Notes under the pieces: generated by a model
Told to the model about the DNA's origin: nothing
Database searches by the model: none
Seen by the model: only the letters and a program-made list of their open reading frames with translations
Sequence record: DRR723986_22372
DNA length: 41,349 nt
Reading direction: 5' to 3' (one strand)
Part shown: positions 1 through 8,749 of the stretch, piece after piece
Numbering within the stretch: position 1 is the stretch's first letter
Layout of the letters: each line of letters opens with the position of its first letter
Made by a program: the position numbers and the translations under genes

Positions 1-145
1 ATATCCTTTTTTGCTTTTGACTCCATACTGACACAAAAGAGGTTATACATCAAATACAAATGAATTATAACCATTTCACTGTTTGGAAACAAGCAGTTTA
101 GTTCAATTTTACAACTAGCTTTTGGGTAAAATTAACTAAAACTAA

Positions 146-177
146 AAAAGGGCTTAGAAATCAATCTAAGCCCTTTT
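146..177 (-). terminator. Intrinsic terminator downstream of the M28 peptidase gene (possibly bidirectional)
   Basis: Perfect 13-bp inverted repeat AAAAGGGCTTAGA / TCTAAGCCCTTTT with a 6-nt loop and A/T tracts on both sides, about 30 nt past the stop at 207. Confidence 0.85.
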
Positions 178-206
178 CTTATGTCTTGAGTCTGATGTCT
201 AACTTC

Positions 207-2312
207 TCATTTCAAGCTCTTTGTCATCTTTTCCACTTTTTTGCTCAAGTCTAGAATTGCTTTAGAATAACGTGTATCCCATTCTTCCAGACGTTCTGTG
301 GAATTGGTTTCTACTTCGTATTTGATGCCCGGCAAAATCCAGGAAGCATAACCTGAAAATGGATCTGTACTTACATATAGCGATCTATACCAGCTTCCGA
401 AATACATTCCCTTTGGATCGATCCAGCTTTTTTCTAGGGCGATCAACTCCTTGTTCAAGGTATGGATTTCCTTTTCTGAAAGTTGACGCGATGCCAATGC
501 TGTATTCACTGCAGTTTGGTAAGATGTAGAGCTAGCTTCTAGTTTTTCGATAGCTGCATCTACTCTGTCAAATGAATCAAAAGAGGGGTCCATTTCTTTT
601 ACAGATTTCACCGCATTGTCAAAATGCATTCTTAAATCCTGCGCATATCGAGGCACATCGTAAGGAATGATGGTAGCATTTGCCAGTCTCAAAGTCAGGA
701 CTCCAATCACAGAAGCAACTGTTCCACCCATTTTGAAGGTAGGGTCCACAAACTTGCTGTAGTAGTGGAAATTATCATAGTTGGAGTGATAGGCAGAAGT
801 TCCGCCAGAACCACCGCTCATACTTGGTACTCCGGCATACATGTAGAATGCAATATGATCCGATCCGCCACCTAGATTACCTATTCTTGGTTCCTCATTT
901 TTTCCTGCCCAAACCTCAAAAACTGTCTTGGAGGAATCTGGATAAGCCACTTCCTTAGTAGCTTCAATAATTAGATTTTTCAGGGTAGGAGCCGCAGAGA
1001 TTCCAAAGTTTCTCCCCGAAACAGCCCCGTCAAAGTTCATATAAATAACTGCCTTTGCACTCAGCTCATCTTTGAATTGCTCCACCCATTCGGTAGAACC
1101 GATGACACCTTGTTCCTCAGCGTCCCAGTGCCCAATCAAAATCGATCTCTTAGGTCGCTCACCATTTTTGATTAATTCGCCCATGGCCTCAGCTAAAGTC
1201 AACATCATCGCTGTGCCTGAATTTGGGTCGGTGGCGCCAAAGCTCCAGGCATCGTAGTGAGAGCCAAGAATAATCCATTCGTCAGGATATTCGCTTCCTT
1301 CGAATTTACCTACAATATTATTTGCCCGGATATAATCCACCGGCTGCTCTACTTTTACACGAACTTTCAGGTCTGATCCTCCAGTTATCTTGTATTCAAA
1401 AGGTAATCCACCTTGCCATCCTTCTGGAACTGCAGATCCTTTCATTCTGCTCAAAATCTCCTTTGCGGCACCATAACCAATAGGGGAAACTGGAATCGTG
1501 TGGAAAGCCACATCTTTTGGATCCAGCCTTTTCACCTTTTTATCTCCGTCCAAAGGAAGGGCTGGCTCAAAAGGAGTCAATGGATCTCCGGTATAGTCTA
1601 AAGTCAACAATGAACCCCGCTGAATGGTGGTTTCATTATAAAACGGACCATCTGGATATACATCTCCTTTACCAAAACCTGAGTCTTTTGGGTCAGTGAA
1701 AATGATCAAAGCGGCAGCTCCATATTGCTCCGCAAATTTTGCTTTGAATCCTCTGAAATTCCCTCCGTAACGAGCGATAACCACTTTTCCCTTCAGATCT
1801 ACACCCATTTCGGCTAATTTCTCGAAGTCAGCTTTGACTCCGTAATTAGCATAAACCACTTCAGCGGTTACATCTCCAGAACCTGAGTAGGCATTAAATC
1901 CCTTATAAAGCCTTGCGTCTGTAGAAAATGGATCACCTTCGATAGGACCCTCTTGCTGAGAAAGTGTGATTTTATCTGGGGTAATAATTTCCAAAAGTGA
2001 CTCACCCGGATGATTTGGTAAATAGACGTCGTAAGGGTAGGAGGTGACGTCCATCCCAGCTTCACTCATCACCTTAGTCATGTAAGCTGCCACAGCTTCA
2101 TTTTCTGCTGTTCCTGCGATGTGTGGAGCTTTGGTCAATTCTTTTAAGTGAACTTTAAACCGATCAAAATTGACTGCTTTTAAATAATCCTGCTCTAAGG
2201 AGGTTTCTTTGCTTTTATCCTGCGGAAAAAAGCCTGTGACCTGCTGAGCATGGGTAGTATATCCTAAGGAAAGAGCGGCTGCAATTCCAAAAAAAGTTTT
2301 GTTTATAGACAT
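207..2312 (-). CDS. Exported M28 metallopeptidase, glutamate carboxypeptidase II / NAALADase-like (PA domain plus transferrin-receptor-like dimerisation domain)
   Basis: Signal peptide (…TTHA/Q); PA insert VVYANYG…IARYG…RGFK; Zn ligand motifs SHYDAW, ATDPNSG, DAEE, NFD, GSDH, YHSNYD. Confidence 0.9.
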   Translation of the reverse strand: MSINKTFFGIAAALSLGYTTHAQQVTGFFPQDKSKETSLEQDYLKAVNFDRFKVHLKELTKAPHIAGTAENEAVAAYMTKVMSEAGMDVTSYPYDVYLPNHPGESLLEIITPDKITLSQQEGPIEGDPFSTDARLYKGFNAYSGSGDVTAEVVYANYGVKADFEKLAEMGVDLKGKVVIARYGGNFRGFKAKFAEQYGAAALIIFTDPKDSGFGKGDVYPDGPFYNETTIQRGSLLTLDYTGDPLTPFEPALPLDGDKKVKRLDPKDVAFHTIPVSPIGYGAAKEILSRMKGSAVPEGWQGGLPFEYKITGGSDLKVRVKVEQPVDYIRANNIVGKFEGSEYPDEWIILGSHYDAWSFGATDPNSGTAMMLTLAEAMGELIKNGERPKRSILIGHWDAEEQGVIGSTEWVEQFKDELSAKAVIYMNFDGAVSGRNFGISAAPTLKNLIIEATKEVAYPDSSKTVFEVWAGKNEEPRIGNLGGGSDHIAFYMYAGVPSMSGGSGGTSAYHSNYDNFHYYSKFVDPTFKMGGTVASVIGVLTLRLANATIIPYDVPRYAQDLRMHFDNAVKSVKEMDPSFDSFDRVDAAIEKLEASSTSYQTAVNTALASRQLSEKEIHTLNKELIALEKSWIDPKGMYFGSWYRSLYVSTDPFSGYASWILPGIKYEVETNSTERLEEWDTRYSKAILDLSKKVEKMTKSLK

Positions 2313-2314
2313 GA

Positions 2315-3484
2315 TTAGTTAGTTGTTAAAAGCTCTGAAACTGAAAGCACGTGTTCTGAAGGTACATTTACAATTCTTTTGGTTCTTAGGTATCTTCCTA
2401 GTTCATACTCATCGTAATTAGGGTTTTCTGGGTCAAAACTTGAGATTCTTACCAAGCCTCGGGAATGAATAAACTCTCCATTTCCTATCCACATGCCTAC
2501 GTGAACTACGCGTTCCTTTTTCTCTGGAGTGCCTTTAACACCGAAAAAAAGAAGATCACCAACCTGAAGTTTATCCCAATTTTTATCCGCATCGACTAGT
2601 TCACCTTCGTTGATTTGCTGGGAGGCATCACGGGGAATAATCTGTCCATTCAGGTAATAAATTGTTTTGGTAAAACCACTGCAGTCCACACCTTTGATAG
2701 ATGTGCCACCCCAGAGGTAAGGAGTTCCCATCATTTGCTTTGCTGTTGTAATTAACGCCTCCGGCGAGGTATTTCTCGATGCAATCCAGCTTTCCCAGTC
2801 CTCAGCGTCTGACGCAGAGATCCAGCCCTGGCGACCATCGGGAAGGTTAACTTTCAACTGATCTTTGGTTTCTTCCGATATTGTCAGAATATCACCGGCA
2901 ACAAGGTCGGATACCATTTCCGATTGATCTTCAGTTTTCCAGACATAGCCAATCAAAGACGTGAAAACCACTTTCGGCTCTCTAAACCAACGCTCTAATT
3001 CTTCCTCAGTCATTAAATGAATCCCGGCTCTATCTACCCAAGAAAGGTAGCCATCTGGTGTTTGTACAAGAAACCAGCCGTCATCCTCTTTAAGTACATT
3101 GAGTGGAGTACCCATCAAAGCTTGTGTCGCGAGCTCAGCCGAATGTTTTGGATTGCTTCGGATGTTGGCCACAGAGATAGTGACTAAAGCTTTGATCTTG
3201 TCACCCAAGGTAGCTTCAGGTAATATTGAAACCGCTTCAGTAAAATTAAGCTGCTTAGCATTGAGTTCTTCAATCAAGGCCTTTAAGGCCTCAGGTTGGT
3301 CAGTTTCACCTTTAAGAGAATCATTTTCAAAAGTCAAGTCCCAAAGCGCCACGCGTTTATCCGGTGCTACTTCAGCTCTTTTAGCTTCTATAAGAGAATT
3401 TACTTCTTCGTTATCAGTCTTGCTTTCGCAGGAAATTAGGATAGTAAATAGGGATACTAAAATTGGGATATATTTTATTTTCAT
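2315..3484 (-). CDS. Lipoprotein with SH3b-like domains and a C-terminal NlpC/P60 cysteine peptidase (YkfC / gamma-D-Glu-DAP peptidase-like)
   Basis: Start moved to ATG 3484 (MKIKYIP…ILISC lipobox). PYLWGG, DCSG catalytic Cys, HVGMW, FIHS; SH3-like segments ATQALMGTPL…WFLVQTPDGYLSWV and LPDGRQGWI. Confidence 0.9.
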   Translation of the reverse strand: MKIKYIPILVSLFTILISCESKTDNEEVNSLIEAKRAEVAPDKRVALWDLTFENDSLKGETDQPEALKALIEELNAKQLNFTEAVSILPEATLGDKIKALVTISVANIRSNPKHSAELATQALMGTPLNVLKEDDGWFLVQTPDGYLSWVDRAGIHLMTEEELERWFREPKVVFTSLIGYVWKTEDQSEMVSDLVAGDILTISEETKDQLKVNLPDGRQGWISASDAEDWESWIASRNTSPEALITTAKQMMGTPYLWGGTSIKGVDCSGFTKTIYYLNGQIIPRDASQQINEGELVDADKNWDKLQVGDLLFFGVKGTPEKKERVVHVGMWIGNGEFIHSRGLVRISSFDPENPNYDEYELGRYLRTKRIVNVPSEHVLSVSELLTTN

Positions 3485-3498
3485 AACAAGGGCAAAAT

Positions 3499-3546
3499 AA
3501 AAGAAAACCACAAGTAAAGCCCAATTTTTGAACCCTACTTGTGGTT
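3499..3546 (-). terminator. Hairpin / terminator between the amidohydrolase genes and the NlpC/P60 gene
   Basis: As minus-strand RNA, AACCACAAGUAGGGUUCAA-AAA-UUGGGCUUUACUUGUGGUU pairs over 19 bp (4 G-U) and is followed by UUCUUUU. Confidence 0.7.
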
Positions 3547-3569
3547 ATTTAATGAATTAGAACAGAAGA

Positions 3570-4871
3570 TTAATTCATCTTCAATCCGGGAGAACGATCT
3601 AGGAACTCTTGGTAAAGTCTGATCTGACGGTTTGAAAGTGGCATTCTGTATCCATCGATAAACACGTGCATGATATTGGTTTTGGTCTCGAAAGGATCAC
3701 CATCAGCCACGATCAAGTTAGCTACTTTACCAGTTTCTACAGAACCATACTGATCTGCTAAGCCGAATATCTCAGCAGGATTGATGGTGACAGCTTTCCA
3801 AGCTTCTTCTTTGCCCATGCCATAAGCAGCAGCAAAAGCAGCGAAGAAAGGTAGGTTTCTTACATTCTCCTGTCCGTTTGTTCTGATGGCTACTTTCACA
3901 CCAGCTTTAGCCATTTTACCGGCATTTGCATATGGAGTGTCATAGCGATCTGATTCTCGGGTAGGCAACGCTTGAATTGGACCAGTCAGCACAGGGATTC
4001 CTGCTTTGGCGATTTCGTCCGCAACTCTCCAGCCTTCAGATACGCCTGTGAAAATCACTTTGGCATCCTTTCCTTCCACCCATTTGATAGCGGCCTGAAT
4101 GTCAGTAGCAGCATTTACTTCAATCAATAGCGGAAGTTCACCTGTAGTTGCTTTTGCAAATTGCTCCATCTCTGGATAGTAATCCAATTCTGCACCATCT
4201 GCTGCCATAGAAGCATAGCTTTTTGCGTTATCCCAAAGATCGTTTGCCTCTTTAAGAGCTTTTTCATTTGCTTTTTTGATGTCATCATCAGACCTGCGGT
4301 CAAATCTACCTCTACGTCCTGAGCTAGGGAAGTTCATCACTATCCCTTTAAATCCGGCGTACATTTGATCTGGAGTATAGCCATTTAGGTTAATCAAAGC
4401 GGCTGTACCTGGGAATAATCCACCTGCAGGAACTGTAAGTACAGTCGTTACTCCAGAAACTCTAGTTACTGGAATTGCAACAGAATTAGGATTTACAGCA
4501 GTCAATGCCTGCATATTCGGAGAGAAATTTCCTATTTCAGCGTAATCGACAGTCTCGGGTACAGAACTTACTTCTACCAAACCAAGTTTGGTACCGCTAT
4601 CAATCATGCCTGGATAGATAAATTTCCCAGTACAATCAATCACTTCAGCATCCGAAGCTGAGATATTAGCTCCAATTTCCTTGATTTTTCCATTTTCTAC
4701 CAAAACAGAGGTATTGTTCAGTACACCTTTAGTAATTGTAACTACCGTAGCGTTTTGCAGCAAGAACTTGCCTGGTCTTGGTTTGATAAATTCCCCGTCA
4801 ATCTGAGCCATGGCCATCATAGGCAACAAGGCAAGAAGGAAGGCGAAAAAGGTTTTATTTAGTCTTTTCAT
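3570..4871 (-). CDS. Exported amidohydrolase-superfamily protein, probably non-catalytic
   Basis: Signal peptide; IYPGMID, TINPAEIFG, GSVETGKVANL motifs. The HxH position reads DSGTK and the beta-8 Asp position reads IRTNG. Confidence 0.85.
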   Translation of the reverse strand: MKRLNKTFFAFLLALLPMMAMAQIDGEFIKPRPGKFLLQNATVVTITKGVLNNTSVLVENGKIKEIGANISASDAEVIDCTGKFIYPGMIDSGTKLGLVEVSSVPETVDYAEIGNFSPNMQALTAVNPNSVAIPVTRVSGVTTVLTVPAGGLFPGTAALINLNGYTPDQMYAGFKGIVMNFPSSGRRGRFDRRSDDDIKKANEKALKEANDLWDNAKSYASMAADGAELDYYPEMEQFAKATTGELPLLIEVNAATDIQAAIKWVEGKDAKVIFTGVSEGWRVADEIAKAGIPVLTGPIQALPTRESDRYDTPYANAGKMAKAGVKVAIRTNGQENVRNLPFFAAFAAAYGMGKEEAWKAVTINPAEIFGLADQYGSVETGKVANLIVADGDPFETKTNIMHVFIDGYRMPLSNRQIRLYQEFLDRSPGLKMN

Positions 4872-4891
4872 GTCTTCTTTGATTACGGTGA

Positions 4892-6277
4892 TTATTGATT
4901 TAAAAGGAAAAGTGATTCAGTAGTCTCGAAAAGACTCTCTGTATCCTGCATACATCTGCTGTCGTGACCTTCGTAGATCATTACAGGTTCCACCATCTCT
5001 GTGGGACTCACTTTCATTCGTTGATCATCTGCATCTTCTTTGATGTCGAAGTATTTCACACCATCCACAAAGGTCATCTGAGGAATGGCATAAGAGGATA
5101 GTGGGTGACCTTCAAAGATTACCAAGTCAGCCTGTTTTCCTTCTTCAATAGAACCAACCTTATCAGAAATCCCTAATTGCTTCGCTGGATTAATTGTGAT
5201 CATAGAAAGAGCCTGCTCATCTGTCATCCCACCATAGCGCTGAGTTTTTGCAGCTTCATGATATAAGTGACGGATCAATTCAGCATCATCAGAGTTGATT
5301 GAGGTAATCGCTCCATTTTCTGTCAAGATTGCTGCATTGTATGCAGTGGAGTAGTACACTTCGAATTTGTATGCCCACCAGTCAGCAAAGACTGAAGCTC
5401 CCATGGTATATTCCGCAATTTCTGGAGCCACTTTGAAGCCTTCGTTGGTATGCTGGAATACCAGCTTAGTAATCCCAAAGTCTCTGGCGACATTGATCAA
5501 CATGTAGATCTCATCGGCACGATAGGAGTGACAGTGAATGATGATCTTTCCATCCAAGATATCAGCTAGCGTTTGTAGTCTTTCGTTGTGGACTGGAGGC
5601 ATTGCAGTGCTTCCTTTCTGTGAAGATGCTGAATTGTAAGAAGCCCAAGCTTTTTTGTACTGAATTGCTTCGTTGAACCCATTACGAAGAATCGCTTCTA
5701 CTCCCATTCTTGTACGTGGTTGGATACCATTTCCTCTTCCGTGAACTCGAGTGGGATTTTCTCCTAAAGCGAATTTGATCGTACGAGGTGCGTCCTGCAT
5801 GATAATGTCAGCTGGATCTGTAGATCCCCATCTGTGTTTCAAGGTAGCATTCTGGCCACCGATTACATTAGCTGATCCGTGCATAGCGTGTGAGATTGTA
5901 ACCCCACCGGCAAGTGCGCGATAAATTCCTACTTCAAATGGATTTACCATATCCTTCATCCTCACTTCGGCTACTATTGGGGAAGTGGCTTCATTGACCA
6001 CATCCAAACCAAGGTGCGAGTGAGCATCTATGATTCCAGGCATTAGGTATTTCCCGGTAGCATCAATGGTCGTCACTCCATTTGGAGCATTAAGATTTTG
6101 ACCCACTTTTTTGATGATGCCATCTTGAACAAGAACATCTGAATTTTCCAAAGTCCCTTTTGTAACCGTAAGAACGGTTGCGTTCTTTATCAATACACTG
6201 CCCTTTTCTACTTGAGCTGAAGCAAACTGAATACTCAGACCCAACAGAGCGGCAAGAAAATAATTAAATTTTTGCAT
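4892..6277 (-). CDS. Exported metal-dependent amidohydrolase with intact motifs
   Basis: Signal peptide; MPGIIDAHSH (HxH), KFALGENP, HCHSY, FQH, SINSDD, TINPAKQLG, GSIEEGKQADL. Confidence 0.9.
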   Translation of the reverse strand: MQKFNYFLAALLGLSIQFASAQVEKGSVLIKNATVLTVTKGTLENSDVLVQDGIIKKVGQNLNAPNGVTTIDATGKYLMPGIIDAHSHLGLDVVNEATSPIVAEVRMKDMVNPFEVGIYRALAGGVTISHAMHGSANVIGGQNATLKHRWGSTDPADIIMQDAPRTIKFALGENPTRVHGRGNGIQPRTRMGVEAILRNGFNEAIQYKKAWASYNSASSQKGSTAMPPVHNERLQTLADILDGKIIIHCHSYRADEIYMLINVARDFGITKLVFQHTNEGFKVAPEIAEYTMGASVFADWWAYKFEVYYSTAYNAAILTENGAITSINSDDAELIRHLYHEAAKTQRYGGMTDEQALSMITINPAKQLGISDKVGSIEEGKQADLVIFEGHPLSSYAIPQMTFVDGVKYFDIKEDADDQRMKVSPTEMVEPVMIYEGHDSRCMQDTESLFETTESLFLLNQ

Positions 6278-6281
6278 GTCT

Positions 6282-7976
6282 TTACTTGTTTGCGATTAGA
6301 GTTGGAGTAAGTGTGCCTTTGAAAGGAAATGATCCGAATTCACCAACCGTCATTGATGCGTCATAGCTGCCTTCGCTTACTTCACCCGATACGTCCACAG
6401 TGATGTCCATTCCACTAGCAGATACATCAAACGAAAACGACAAATTGCTTCCATCTAACACCACATTTTTGATATCAGATGTAGCGGTACCAGCGCCAGA
6501 AGGATCGTCATAGGTGATGGTTCCAGAATAGTCTGCACCATCTTTTTTAATAACAAGATTTCCTCCTGAAGATCCAGCAGGACTTTCAGAAGTATATTCC
6601 CAATTACCTTCAATTTTTACTGCTCCGCCTTTACTGTCTTGGGAGGCTTTCTTTTTCGCTTTTGTTTCATAATCGTAGATGATGCCATCTACGATCACAT
6701 GTTTGAATTGAGCGTCTTCGGTGAATAGAGAATCTGTACTCAAGATCAAATTGGCCATTTTACCCTTTTCAATTGACCCAGCTACTTTAGCCAAGCCTAA
6801 GATTGATGCAGGATTCGTAGTCAATGCAGCAAGTGCAGCTTTCTCAGAAAGTCCACTTTCAATCATTTTTTGAAGCGCTTTCATGATATCGCCAGATTTT
6901 ACACCTACAGTAGAGAATGCGAAAGGAATACCAGCTTCCTCCAACTTACTTGCCTGAGCGATTGCGTCATCGTATGCTTTTTTCACGCGGGCATTCAAGG
7001 TTTTCACTTCCTCAGATGCGTCATCTTTCATTGCTTTAACCGCCTTTTCATCAGGAATTTCCAATTTAATTAAAACCGCTACCCCAGATGATTTGATCAC
7101 ATCCAGTACGCCTTCGTAATCTTCTAAACCTGTTAGAACTAATTTGAAACCCTTTTCTTTTTGCAGACTGATCGCCCTTCTTATTTCTAATTCGGAAGAA
7201 GTGGTGAACATTACAGGGATTTGCCCTGTGGTAACCTCCTGCATAGCGCTGTAAGTAGGAGTGATCTCAGGTCGCTTCAACCCCGCTACAGTGTTATACT
7301 TCTGTGATCTTTCTGAAGTAAGCTTTGTGTTGTCATATATCTCCCGGAATTTGGCCATTACGCCTACAGCTGTTCCTGGGTACATTCCTCTAGATCCTCT
7401 AAAACTGGCCGCAAGCGCTGTGTTTTCCATCAGCAAATTGGTTGAGTTTTCAGATCCTAAAAGGACAATAGCTGCTTTTCCAGGGATCATTCCTCCTTCT
7501 GGGACAATCTGAGCAACTGTGAATCCGACTTTTCTAAAGTCATCGACTTTGCTATCCTTACCCGAAAATTGATCGACTGCGGATCTCCATGGAGTTATGC
7601 CGGCGATTTCATCAGGCGGATTTGATGATACAAAATCATCTGGCTTATCTGGATCCTTTGGTCTGGTAATGCCGACATCACTTGCCCCAGCTATAAAGCC
7701 CGGGTAGATAAAAAGTGAATCTCCAGGAATGGTTTTAGCTTCTTTCGGTAAGGCAAGATTACTTCCAACGCCTTGGATTAGTCCGCCTTTAATAAGGACT
7801 GTGGCTTTTATACCAGCTTGTCCAGGTGAGGTGAAGACGGTTGCATTTGTAATTGCATAAGTATCTGTGATAGGTTTCTTTCCCGTGGGATCACTTTGGG
7901 CAAGTGCCAAAGTAGAAGAAAGCAATCCAGAAACCATGAAGCAAAAAACACCTGCGTACAGTAGTGGTTTTTTCAT
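6282..7976 (-). CDS. Exported amidohydrolase-like protein (no HxH) with an extra C-terminal beta-rich domain
   Basis: Signal peptide; IYPGFIAGAS in place of DxHxH; TTNPASILG, GSIEKGKMANL; about 110-aa C-terminal domain starting IEGNWEY after a Lys-rich linker. Confidence 0.8.
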   Translation of the reverse strand: MKKPLLYAGVFCFMVSGLLSSTLALAQSDPTGKKPITDTYAITNATVFTSPGQAGIKATVLIKGGLIQGVGSNLALPKEAKTIPGDSLFIYPGFIAGASDVGITRPKDPDKPDDFVSSNPPDEIAGITPWRSAVDQFSGKDSKVDDFRKVGFTVAQIVPEGGMIPGKAAIVLLGSENSTNLLMENTALAASFRGSRGMYPGTAVGVMAKFREIYDNTKLTSERSQKYNTVAGLKRPEITPTYSAMQEVTTGQIPVMFTTSSELEIRRAISLQKEKGFKLVLTGLEDYEGVLDVIKSSGVAVLIKLEIPDEKAVKAMKDDASEEVKTLNARVKKAYDDAIAQASKLEEAGIPFAFSTVGVKSGDIMKALQKMIESGLSEKAALAALTTNPASILGLAKVAGSIEKGKMANLILSTDSLFTEDAQFKHVIVDGIIYDYETKAKKKASQDSKGGAVKIEGNWEYTSESPAGSSGGNLVIKKDGADYSGTITYDDPSGAGTATSDIKNVVLDGSNLSFSFDVSASGMDITVDVSGEVSEGSYDASMTVGEFGSFPFKGTLTPTLIANK

Positions 7977-8352
7977 GTGTCTAAAATTGTTTTTTGATGT
8001 GCATATGGAAACTAACAGGGTTGATACTTGATCCAGGGTATTACGCTGGAGTCCTGCTCGATTTCATATTATTGATTTGGTTTTTGGTAAATAGGGGTGG
8101 TTGACAGAATAACCAGAAATATGAATTTAAAGGTTGAATCATGACAAGTTCCTATAGATTGATGGTTGAAAATAGAAAAGCAAGCTAATAAAAGGGATTT
8201 CAGAATCCATTTGGAATTATTTTTTACTCCTTATTATTTGATCAATGGCAGGATATTGGATTTGAAATGCGCTTTTAATTCTTCAAGAATCATAGTGCCT
8301 GGAGATAATTTATTTGATTGGTTGATAGGCTATTGTTTTACACTGAACATCT

Positions 8353-8360
8353 TATATTTG
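8353..8360 (+). promoter_or_regulatory. Bacteroidota primary-sigma -7 element for the receiver/HEAT/GT2 operon
   Basis: TATATTTG matches TAnnTTTG, 24 nt upstream of ATG 8384, with TTG elements further upstream. Confidence 0.65.
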
Positions 8361-8383
8361 AGCTTAGAATCACCCCAATAAAA

Positions 8384-8746
8384 ATGAAAAAAATCCTGAT
8401 CATTGAGGATGACTTACTGATTTCTAGCTTAGTTCAATTTCGTCTGAAAAAAGATGGGTATGAGACAGTTTTGGTAAAAGATGGCAATGCTGGTATCAGC
8501 GCAATTGATACTGAAACTTTAGATTTGATCATTACAGATGTTATGATTCCATTTAAAAACGGAATTGAGATCATCCACCATGCAATTAAAACAAAGCCTA
8601 ATACACCTATTATAGTATTAAGTTCACTAGGTGAAGAGGAAAAAATTGTATTGGAGGCCTTTAATCTGGGAGTTGCCGATTTTATTCCCAAACCGTTTAA
8701 TCCCAATGAGTTGGCTATTCGTGTTAAACGAATTCTCAAATCTTGA
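8384..8746 (+). CDS. Stand-alone response-regulator receiver domain (CheY-like, no output domain)
   Basis: Start at ATG 8384 (MKKILIIEDD); phosphoacceptor IITDVMIP, VLSS, FIPKPF; protein ends right after the receiver domain (120 aa). Confidence 0.92.
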   Translation: MKKILIIEDDLLISSLVQFRLKKDGYETVLVKDGNAGISAIDTETLDLIITDVMIPFKNGIEIIHHAIKTKPNTPIIVLSSLGEEEKIVLEAFNLGVADFIPKPFNPNELAIRVKRILKS

Positions 8747-8749
8747 TCT

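Noticed and set aside
1-26. Possible start of a minus-strand CDS running off the left edge (ATG GAG TCA AAA GCA AAA AAG GAT, MESKAKKD)
   Set aside because: Only eight codons are visible, too few to support a call.
8166-8381. 71-aa ORF upstream of the response regulator
   Set aside because: TTG start, no motif, and it covers the TATATTTG promoter; probably non-coding.
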